A DNA stretch of 60,000 nt. Source: Camelus dromedarius. Its lineage: Eukaryota. Positions 25,601 through 35,631 of the stretch are shown here, piece by piece. The notes under the pieces are model-generated. The model was not told the DNA's origin, did no database searches, and saw nothing but the letters and a program-made list of their open reading frames with translations. Made by a program: the position numbers and the translations under genes. The stretch is from the NCBI RefSeq assembly GCF_036321535.1, contig NC_087436.1, positions 122,886,001-122,946,000 of the forward strand, in the 5' to 3' direction. Every line of letters begins with the position of its first letter. The stretch's first letter is position 1.

Positions 25601-28600
25601 GGAAGAAAGTGGAAAGAAAATAGAGGAAAAAGTTGTGAAGGACCAAGGAATTTGCCTCTGCGGAGCCTGGTGCCGCCCCAAGCCCGCCCCACCCCTTGCT
25701 GGGGCCTGGGCCGCCCCCTGGGCCGCTCTGTGCATTCTGAGGCCAGGCCAGAGTTGCCTCCTATCCACGCGGCCACCCAGGGCTCCCACCAGCCCCTGAG
25801 CCAGGTGCCTCTCCTCCATGCCGCAGATGGGGGTGGCGAGGGCCGGGGTGGCTGGGTAGCTCCCTGAGGTCTCGTGATACAGAGAAGCCACCAGCCCCAG
25901 GAGGCTCAGCTTGTGCGCTGGTGGTGGGAGGTGCTGCCTGGGGCGCTGCCCAGGCTGCGTAAGGCCCGGTGAGGGTTGGGGCTGAGGTCCTGGATCCTTA
26001 CAGCCCAGGGCCAGAAAGGGGGTAGGACAGCGACCCCCAGGACCCCCACCCTCCTGCCCCTACATCAGAGGGTCAGAGCCAGGGCAAGCCGCTGCAGTTG
26101 ACCGCTACACTTTCTGCCAGATGCTGGGCCACACAGGGGGTCCTCCGGGAGGCTGGCAGTGCCCTCCCTGTGAGACAGGGAAGGCGGGTGGCAGGTGGGG
26201 AGCGGTCTGCAGCCACCGAGAGCTCACTGTCCCTGGCTCACGAGGTCTTGCCTGAAGCTAGGCGGCTCCCAAGCTCTCGGTGATATACACCTACCCCAAA
26301 CCAGGTTCTCAGGGCACGGCCGCGGGGAGGGTCTCAGCAGAGAGTGGGCAGCTCCAGTGCTGCCCCTGCTGGAGGGTTTCCTGAAAAGGCCACTGAGGGG
26401 GCACTGGGCACAGGAAGGCCAGGAGTCTGGGTGGCACCCGCTGCCCACCCCTCACCTTGAGCTTGCGGGGGAGAGTGTCCGCAGTGGGCACCCACTCTCA
26501 CCAGTGCCTCCCCCTTGCAGCCCCCCTGCACTGCCTTCCATCAGGGTGGACACTACTGTGGGAGGGCTTCCGCCTCCTAGCAGAGACCCACCGCTGCCGG
26601 TCTTGCCCCTCCCTGCATAGAGCCCCCAGGCCCTGGGACCCTCAGAGGCGGGTGGAGACTTCTGGAGTCCAAAGCCCGGGCACTGCGGCCAAGACCTCGA
26701 CTGCCTGTCCCGCTCTCCCAGGCTGCAAGTGTCCTTCCAAGGGCCAGGGAGGGCATTTTGGGGATGCAGGGAGGATGGCTCAGCCTTGGTCCCAGCCAGA
26801 CCCTCTCCCCACCCTCGACCAGTGACTCAGGGTAAGCTGGCGCCCGCCCCTCCGGCCAGCTGTTGACAGCTGTCACCACCTGCCGGCCCAGGGCCAGATG
26901 CCGCTCGGCTGTCGGAGCGGGGGTGAGGCGTGCAGCTGCCTGGTTGCCCGGGTGCCTTCTCCACGCCCCCAGCCCCTTACCTGGGCTGCTGCAGACCCTT
27001 AATTAGTTCCCCCACCCCATCTTGGGATCAAGTGTGTGTCTCAGTCCAGCCACCATGTAGAATGGACATCTGGCCCGGACCTGAGTTCGCCTTTCCTGAG
27101 CTCCCCCTGTAAATGAGTGCTCGGTGCAGCCAGGCTGGCACGCACGCCCTCCCCAGGACTGGGCCATGGGGCATCTGGTGGGTCCCTCAGAACTGCCTTT
27201 CTGCCTCTCAGCTCAGCCTCCCAGAGTCAGCCCAGCCTCTGGGGGGATGGAGACAATCCCTGTGGCCCAGGAAAGAGGCGGGAGCAAGGCCAGGGTAGCA
27301 CTGGGCCCGGATGGGGGGGCGGGGGAGGCAATGTGTGTGCTCAGCCCCCGGACCTGGCTGCGACCCCACCAAGCCTGAACCGATCACTCTGCCTTGTCAC
27401 CCCAGACAAACGCCAGAGTCAAGATCCCCCAAAAGGAACCAGCCCGCACCTCAAGAAGCAGGCGGGTGCCGAGGGCCCCCGGCTGGAGCAGAGCCCCTTC
27501 CCCCAGCTCCCGGAGGTGCCCAGGATGGGGGTGTGAGAGGCCTGGGCCCAGGGGGCAGTGCCCCGTGGTGGACGGCACACCAGCCCACCACCAGCTGCTG
27601 CCCAGCAGAGGCACGTCTGGGGTGGGTTCTTGAGCCCACTGGGCATGACCCCAAGTGACCCCCGGCAGCACAGCCAGAAAAAGCTGTTGGAAGCGGCAGG
27701 CCCAGGGCTCCATGAGGGGCCACCCCCTGGGTGGTCTCCACAGGAGAAGCCCGAGTGGGAGGCAGGTCCTACCTCCAGTGCTCCTGTGTCCCCAGGTTGG
27801 GGGACCTGGACCGGCTCCCACCTTGGGTCACTGAAGGGTGCTGGCCTGGGTGGGAGGCCGACCCTCTCTTCCGTGGACAATGACAGTGCAGAGGTCAGGG
27901 TGCCTGGGGTGGGGGTGTCAGGGTTGTGGAGGCCTCTGACCCAAGGCAGGACTGAAAAGAGCTCAGCGGGGCAGGCGTGGAGGTGGGGGAGGCCCTGGGC
28001 GGGGCCGACAGGATGGGGGTTGGCTGCATGGACCTTCACACTGTCCCCCAGTGACTGGCTGGCCCCCCAGGCCTGGGCAGCTGAGGAGAACGGGCAGCGG
28101 GTATGGTCAGCACCGGGCACGGAGGGAGCCCCCAGCCGCCAGGCCCGGCCCTGCCCCACTCCTCCACCTGATTAGCAGCCTTGGCCCCTGCCCACCAGAC
28201 ACAGCAGGGTCTCTGGGACACACCAGGTGCTGGTGCCAGGCATGGGGGCTGCTTCCCTGTAGACCAGCCCAGCCTACCCCAGGGGCCTGACACCTCCCAC
28301 AGGCTTGGCCCTGGGGGAGTCCTCATCCCTGTGCCCACCCCGAGCAGCCCCTCCCACAAGCCCACCGGTCCCAGTGTAGCCCAGCCTGTGCCCTGGGTCC
28401 AGGCAAGGGCAGCTAGGGATGCTGGCCTCTCAGCCCCTCAGTGCCAGCCCCTCCATCCCACCCCAGCTTCTGCAGCGGCAGGTCCAGGCCCCTGCAAGCC
28501 CTGTGCAGCCTGGCCAGTGCCTGCAGGTCCCCGACCCCAGGCCCTGAGTCCCAGGTTGAATCTGTGCTGTGTAGGGTGTCTCCCTCCTGAGTCCCGACTG

Positions 28601-30835
28601 CATGTCCCATGTGCCTGTCCCCTTTCCTGTGTCTTACATCCTGCGTTCCTGTACCAGGTCCCCAGTCCTGGCCCCAGGACAAAGCTCTGATCTCCCTCCA
28701 GGCCCTCCCGACCCAAGGCCCGTGGGGGTGGGGCTGGCCCATGTCCCCCTCATCTTCAGGCTCTGTGGTCCTGCCCGATCCCTGGACATCAGCCGCAGGC
28801 CCCCCCCCCCCCGCTCTGGGACAGCTGCAGAAGACTGTCGCTGCCCCTTTGAAGCCAGGAGGGCTGGGCAGCAGAGGCGGGGGTGAGAGGGGAGCAGTCA
28901 CACTGAGGGTGGCAGAGCCCGGGCTGCCCTTTCAAGTTTGCCGAGCTTCAAGGGAACCAGCTATCAGCGCCCAGGAAGGGATCAGGGGAGGTGCTGGCCA
29001 GGCTCAGCACCTGGGGCTCCACCCTCCCAGCGCCCCCCCTTACCCAGCTCCAGGCTCCCCTACCGTGGACATCGGGAGCCTCCTCCCCAGATGGCCCTCA
29101 GACCCTGGCCTTGGGGTCACTTCGAGAGTGCAGCTGATTCCCTTCCTCTACCTCAGGACCCAGAGTCCCTAGAAAAGTGTCCAGGCCCCACTCCCCCCTC
29201 ACTAGGGAAGCCCCAGAGCTGGGGCCTGGAGGCAGCTGTGCTCCTGTAGGGGGGTCACCATAGCATTGGTGGCTGCTCACTGGTCTTTGTGCCTGTGGCC
29301 AAGGGCACATCAGGGCCTGGCTTTGGTGTCTGTGAAGGGGCAACCACGGAGGGGCAGGGGAAGCCGGGGGCCTGGCCTCTCAGAGCCCAGGAGTCGTGGC
29401 CCTGACCATGTGCCCCTCCCTGGTGGGGCTCTGGGTCCCCCTGGCCCTTCTGCGCCCATGGACCCTCCCCTTGGCCCCACCTGCCACCTGGCCCCGCCCA
29501 CTCACGCTCCCCTCGGCCCTACCCTCAAGCCCCTGCCTCCTCTGTGAGTAGGCTTTCCTCTGTGGGTGGCCTGGGAGCCCCCCAAAGGGGCGGGGCACCA
29601 GGGGGACAGAAGGCCTGGTCAGATGGGGGTTGGGCAAAGGGGCTGATCAGTTGGCAGGCCAGTGAGCAGTCTGCTGGGCAGACTTCGCACGGCGAGGCTG
29701 GCCCTGGGAGCCTCGGGCCTGCAAGGCTAGGGTGCAGGGTGCCCCATCTTTTAGACACCCTGCCAACGCGCAGCATGGTGAGGACACACCCTTCTGCCCT
29801 GCGGCCCCAGCCCCCACAGCGGGGTGGTGGGAACTTCCAGCCCAGGTGCAGGAGGCAGGATGACCTGTGTGCCCCTCTGCAGTCTGGGGACCCTGCAGTC
29901 GTGGGGATAGGAGCTGAGGTTGGGGGGCATCCAGTGGGCACTAAAATCACACAGGAGTCTTGGAAGGGTCAGCTGGAGACAGACCAGGGAGACGCAGGAG
30001 GGGACCTGCTGCTGCAGACCGGGAGGCTGGGGGAGAAGGGTCTGGAAGCCTCAGGGGGAACAGGGAGGACATGGTCCACCCTCCAGGAAGCCTTTGAGAC
30101 CCTCCCAGGTTGCCCTCCTACCCCCATACTCCCAGGGCAGGAAGCTGTACTGTGGGAGGGGGCTTGGCTAAGGTCTCTGAGCTCCAGGGTGTAGCGGGCC
30201 AGTAATGGGGGCTAGGGCTGGTGGGGGTGGGGACAGCCGGACGAGGGTAGGTCTGCTTGTCTTCCACAGGGTCCCCCTGCCCTGCCCAGGGCCCTACTAT
30301 AGCTGTAGAATGACCATCCCATCAGAACCCCTCCCTCCTGAAAGGGTGCTGGGGGATGGGCCCAGGGCTGCAGGTCTCAGAACTGCGATCCCCGGCCCTG
30401 TACGCCTGTCCAGCTGAGAGAGTGGTCCTAGGGGTGGGCAGGTCATTAGCCCTCCAGACTTCCCTGGGGCAGAGGATGAATGTCCCCACGTGAGCCCACG
30501 TGGACAGCACTGGACCTCAGGCCAAGAAGGGTACAAGGTTGGGAGTCCCAGAGTCCCCTTTGAGGTTCTTGCGGACTGTACCCTCAAGGGTGCCCACCCC
30601 TATGCCTGTGCCCTGGGGAGGGAGCAGTTCATCTCCTATGACCTGAAGATGGCCCACTGCCTGAGGCCTCCCCTCCACTCAAGGTTCCCCCTCTCTGCAC
30701 CCCTCCCCCCTCAAACTGAAACCCAACCAGACATGGGCTGCAGCCTGTCTTGTCTGGGGAACATCTGTTCGGTCACCAGCTGTGGGCCGCCTGCAGCCCC
30801 TTGGTATCCAGGCGTGCACACACGCACGTCCACAA

Positions 30836-30840
30836 GCGTG

Positions 30841-30880
<40 letters not shown>
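30836..30880 (+). repeat. Alternating purine-pyrimidine tract with a (CA)16 microsatellite
   Basis: gcgtgcgcgcg followed by (ca)16 at 30847-30878. Confidence 0.95.
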
Positions 30881-31944
30881 CAGATACAGGCACCACTCCC
30901 TAGGCCACTGCAGGAGGGCTCTCCACAGCCAGCCAGGGTCCAGATCTCCCACGGTGTCCCCTGTCGGTGGCCTCCATCATCTGGAGGCCACTGGCCCTGC
31001 TCTGAGCGTGGTCACTGCCCATGGAGTCAGGACACCCCAGTGGGGCTTCCCTCAGGGCCAGCCCCTGCCTGCCTGGGGACAGGAGTGGCGTCCACCCTGG
31101 AAGGCCAGAGGATGGGGGGATGTTGAGGACAGGGGACCCCGTTCTGCATTCATGGGAGCCCTAGTGGTGGAGGGGACAGTGGACCCAGCCCTGGGAGCCT
31201 AGCGGAGGCAGAGGGGACAGCACCTCATTATGAGGGAGTGGAGGAGACACTCAACCTTAATCTGGGGGCCAGCAGTTCTTGGGTGGGACGGTCAGGCGGA
31301 GCCCATGCTTCTTTCCTGAAGCGCAAAGAAGCTGCGGTGGCTGGGGCAGTGCTCAGGACACAGCAAGGCCTCACCCCTCCCTTGGACCTTCCGACACTGT
31401 CATGCAGGAGCTTTGCTAAAATCGCACACTTATCTTACTACTTTTCTTAAAAGGCTCCAGAACCTCTGGGCCAGAGGAAACCCAACCCCTGCGTGCTGGC
31501 CGAGTGGGTCAGAGCCTCAGTTTCCCCATCTGGAGACTGAGACCATGGTTGTACCACCCTAGGTGGACAGAGACTGGGTCACCTGGGTAGAGGCAACAAT
31601 ACAGCCGTTGCCCAGTTAACCCCAGGTTGTGGTGGGGAGAAGCAGAGGCCTGAGGGCTGCAGGGGCCACGCCCGTAGAGGGGCACCCACAGGGCCAGGTG
31701 AGCAGGACTCTGGCCTGCGCGGGAGGGTGTGCAGGTGCGCGGGGAAGACTCCTTCTGCTCGGCGGCCCAGATGGCGGGCCCTGGGGACCCAAGGTCTCAG
31801 CCTTGGAGCCTAAGCCCTGGCAATGGGGCTCCTGAGAGCCTCCTCTGCTCCCGATTCTGGAACCCAGTCTGGTCACAGGCACATACGCATGTACACATGC
31901 ATGCACACGCAGACACACGCAGACACAGGCAGACACACCAGCTT

Positions 31945-32582
31945 AGAGAGAAAGGATGCACATTTTCTTGTTTAACAAAATAAATTAAATATACGAAGCT
32001 TCAGCTCAAACTCTATATAAAATTACAGAGGTCTGGGGCCGCCACAGGGAGTAGGGTGATGGGTGCCCGGTCCCAGGTGGACATCAGTGTGGCCACAGGG
32101 TTAGGCGGGTCCTGGGCCCCAGGAGAGGCCGAATCTCTGTGGCCACGCCCTCCTCTCATCATTATTAATATTATCTTAATTTCTTAAATATAAATATCAA
32201 GGGCCCCTTCCCTCTGGCAGTGGGAGGCCGGGTGGGGCAGGAGTCACCCCCAGCCGGCTCCAGCCTCTCTGGGCAGGGCCCTGGACTGCTACATGTGACC
32301 CCCCCTGCCCAGGGTACTGGTGGACTCCTGGACACCAGGACAGGTGGTGGCAAAAATAGCCGGGGCAGGGACACAGGCGGGCAGGCGTAGGGAAGGGGTC
32401 GGAGTTTTTGGTTCACAAAGCCAGGGTGCCTCTCAGATCTCCTGCCAGGCCGGGGTTGGGGGGTGATCATGGCCTCTGTGAAATCCTTCCCACGGGGCCA
32501 AGGGATTCCTTCATGAGCTAGCCCATTGCTACATGCGCACTGCAAATTACAACACAGACCTTCCCAAGGGCTGCTTAGTCTG

Positions 32583-32621
<39 letters not shown>

Positions 32622-32811
32622 CTCCGTGTGTGTCCAGAGGTATGTCGTGCATGTATGTGCGTCTGTGTGTGTGTGTGCCTCACACGGGGCACCTCTCACC
32701 CTCACCTGTGGTCCATCTCCCTCAGTGGCCCTCTCGCCCCAGCCTGGGCCCCCTCCAGCCCATCCCAGGCACCCGGAGCTCTGGTGGGCGGGCATCGGAA
32801 AGCTGCACCCT
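31945..32811 (-). other. FGFRL1: FGFRL1 3'UTR (about 870 nt) with AU-rich blocks and a CA microsatellite
   Basis: Follows the TAG stop. The terminal block gtatatttaatttattttgttaaac..gtgcatcc matches the recalled human FGFRL1 mRNA end and is followed by a GU-rich downstream element. Confidence 0.8.
32586..32620 (+). repeat. (GT)17 microsatellite in the FGFRL1 3'UTR
   Basis: Read directly from the sequence. Confidence 0.95.
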
Positions 32812-33254
32812 CTAGCACTGGTAGTGGATGTGCTGATGCTGGTGGACCTTGCCCTCCACATGTGAGTGCGTGTGTGAGTGCGTGTGAGTGAGCGTGTCCG
32901 TGTAGAGTTTGGGGTAAAGCTTGGGGCCAGCAGCTGAGCCCAGGCCCAGCAGATGCTGAGGGGCTGCCGGGGGCCCGAGGTCCTCACAAAGCCCCACACC
33001 AGAGGTGGCGCTGAGGGTGGTGGGGGCGGGCAGGTCCTTGTCCCCGCTGCGGTCACGAGCCGTCACGGGTGCACGGTGTCCCGGCACGGGAGGGGCAGGC
33101 GTGGGAGCACACGGCTTCTTCTTGGCCTGGCAGAGCCACAGGAGCACAGTGCCCAGGATGAAAACGGCGCCGGCCGGGATGCCAATGACCACTGGCCACG
33201 GGAGGCTAGTGGTCGAGGACGAAGGAGCCACGGGTGGCCCTGGCGGCTTTGGGT
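32812..33254 (-). CDS. FGFRL1: FGFRL1 last coding exon: stalk, TM helix ([21 protein letters not shown]), tandem Tyr motif [10 protein letters not shown] and His-rich tail; no kinase domain
   Basis: Acceptor ctgcag|, 443 bp ending ...[24 protein letters not shown]. These are hallmark FGFRL1 motifs. Confidence 0.98.
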
Positions 33255-33380
33255 CTGCAGGAGAAGAGGGTGGGGAGGGGAACATCACCAGGGATCCGGT
33301 TGGGGGTGCCGGCTGGAGGGCTCTGCGGGCGTAGCCCAGGACGGAGGCGGGGTGGGGCAGGAAGGGCGTGGCCCACTCAC

Positions 33381-33734
33381 CAGGAAGCACCGTGAGGAAG
33401 GCGCTGCGGAAGCTGTAGCCCATGGTGTTGGCGCCCAGGCAGATGTACATGCCCGCGTCGTCCTGGCGGGCGCGAGTGATGAGCAGCTTGTTGAGGTAGG
33501 AGCCGTCGGGCCGCGACCACACGTCGCCCGTGGGCAGCACCACGAACTTCTGGCCGCCCACATCGATGGTGGAGTTATAGCGGCCCTCGGCTCCATACTC
33601 CACACGTTTCAGCCACTGGATCACCGGCTTCACGTCGCTGCGCACTTTGCACTGGAAGGACGTTGTGCCCCCAAAGTCCACCGTCGTGTTCACTGGATGT
33701 GTGCCCGTGAGGACAGGCTTGGAGCGCGTCCGCT
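33381..33734 (-). CDS. FGFRL1: FGFRL1 Ig-like domain 3 exon, [11 protein letters not shown]...AFLTVLP
   Basis: 354 bp, acceptor gtgcag| and donor |gtgagt. Contains [17 protein letters not shown] and DAGMYIC. Confidence 0.98.
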
Positions 33735-33810
33735 CTGCACAGGGACACGCATTGGGCACGGCCCCCAGGCGCCAGCCCGCCCGCACCCCAGCCCCCGCCC
33801 CCGCACTCAC

Positions 33811-34095
33811 GGATCACATCCACCTTGTAGGTGGCGTTGATGGCACCGGCGCGGTTCGACACACGGCAGGTATACTTGCCGCTGTCTTCCGGACGCAGGT
33901 TCTTCAGGCTCAGCGTCCACTTCTTCTTCCTGTGCTCTCCAGCCTCGGGGCGCGTCAAGGCCTGGTCATCCTTCATCCACATGATGTCCGGCCGTGGATG
34001 CCCGCTGGCGACGCACTTGAGCCGCACGGAGCTGCCCACGGGCCGTGCAATCACCCGGCGCCTCATCTTGGAGGGCTGTGTGAAGCGGGGCCGAG
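33811..34095 (-). CDS. FGFRL1: FGFRL1 Ig-like domain 2 exon, [14 protein letters not shown]...YKVDVI
   Basis: 285 bp, acceptor ccgcag| and donor |gtgagt. Contains VRLKCVASG and DSGKYTC. Confidence 0.98.
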
Positions 34096-34179
34096 CTGCG
34101 GGGGAGGCAGAGAGGTCAGGGGGGCACCAGGGGCCCCACCTGGCTGAAAGAGAGTGGTGACATCTGCCCCCATGCTCAC

Positions 34180-34260
34180 CCCACTGTTTGCTGGCTGGGT
34201 CTTCCTGGTCCCCAGGGGAGCCCTCATGCCCCGCACTCTCCCTTCCTGGGCTGGTGTCAT
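34180..34260 (-). CDS. FGFRL1: FGFRL1 acidic linker exon, [27 protein letters not shown]
   Basis: 81 bp, acceptor ctgcag| and donor |gtgagc, frame-compatible. Human equivalent is [27 protein letters not shown]. Confidence 0.96.
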
Positions 34261-35358
34261 CTGCAGAGTGGAAAGCGTATCAGAAGGGCCTCAGCAGCCC
34301 CAAGATCCAGGCATGGCTCCCCAGCCCCCACCCCAGCCCCGGGGCTGGTTCCCAGGCCCAGCCTCAGGCCCGGCTGGGGCAGCTCTAGAGACGCCAGCAG
34401 GAGGCCATGGGCGCACACCCACATCTCAGAATCCAGAGACAGCTGGGCGAAAGCCACCCACCAGTCCACTCCCTGGGTGCAGGTGACCCCGACAGGCGTG
34501 GTGGGATGGAGAGCTGGCTCTCCCACCCTGGCTCCGAGGGGTCTGCAGGGCCTGGGGGAGGTGGGGGCCCAGCTCAGCCGGCAGCTGCAGTAACCCTAGC
34601 CCACATCAAGGCGCCGAGGGCCTGGTGAACTGACATGGCCTGCATACCGCCTGGTCATCCTCCCCTCTGAAAGGACGGTGGCGGGGGGGTGGACATCCAC
34701 AGTACTCCCATTCCACAACCCAGGGAAGGCCTGTGGGGCCTGGCCGGGGGGTGGGGCACACTGAGGAATGCCCCCTCCCCATGACAGCCGCCACCTCCAC
34801 CGGCCCAGGCCGAGGCCAGGCTTTGAGCCCCGACCCAAGAACCCAGTGGTGGGGGGCACGGGTCAGGCTCCTCCTTTGTGCTGCCAGGGAGCCTGCCTCA
34901 AGGGACCCACCCAGAGCCCGTGGCGGGGGAAGCTGGGCGCAGTGCCTAGTACCAGTAAGTGGAGGGTGTGTTGCTAGGGGCACTGCCCAGTCCCCAAGCC
35001 CAGACCCCAGAGGCAGAGAACAGAGGCCCTTCGTTCCCAGCGGCTCCTCTGAACTCCGAAACCTGAGCCTCAAAGTCATGGCCGACATCAAGGCTGCCAG
35101 CCTGCCTGGCCCGCTGGTCTGCCCTTCAGTGGGACCACCACCTGGGGCCCCCCACATCCACCCCCGCAGCCACCCTGGCCGCCAGGTCAGCAGAACCTTT
35201 GGGGAGGAGGGGCCCAGGAGGAAGGGCCCCCTGAGGTGCAGCCTGACAAGGAGGGGCCCACAAAGGGTGGTGTCCTGGGCTCAGAGGAGGCCAGGCTCGG
35301 GCAGGATGAGGGTGGGGTGTGTTGGGCGCCACACAGTCCTGCCCCAGCCAGCACTGAC

Positions 35359-35631
35359 CCATCACGATGAGGGTGTAGTTGACGCTGAGGCTGCCGAAGC
35401 CATTGGTGGCCTTGCACACGTAGGCGCCGGCGTCCTCCCGCTCCACCTCCTTGACCTTCAGCCCCTGTGGCAGCACTCGGAAGCGGCTCCAGCCGCCATG
35501 GACCGTCCGGCCATCCTTGGTCCACATGGTCAGTGGCGGCGGGTCCCCCTCCACAGGGCACTGCAGCCGAACGGTGCGGCCCAGCCGAGCCACCTGCCGT
35601 GGGACTACCTTGTCCGCCATCCTTGGGGGGC
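35359..35631 (-). CDS. FGFRL1: FGFRL1 Ig-like domain 1 exon, [13 protein letters not shown]...YTLIVM
   Basis: 273 bp, acceptor ctccag| and donor |gtcagt. Contains [13 protein letters not shown] and DAGAYVC. Confidence 0.98.

Noticed and set aside
12400..31900. Hidden protein-coding gene between RNF212 and FGFRL1
   Set aside because: No ORF resembles a known protein and I found no consistent exon chain. A lncRNA cannot be excluded from sequence alone.
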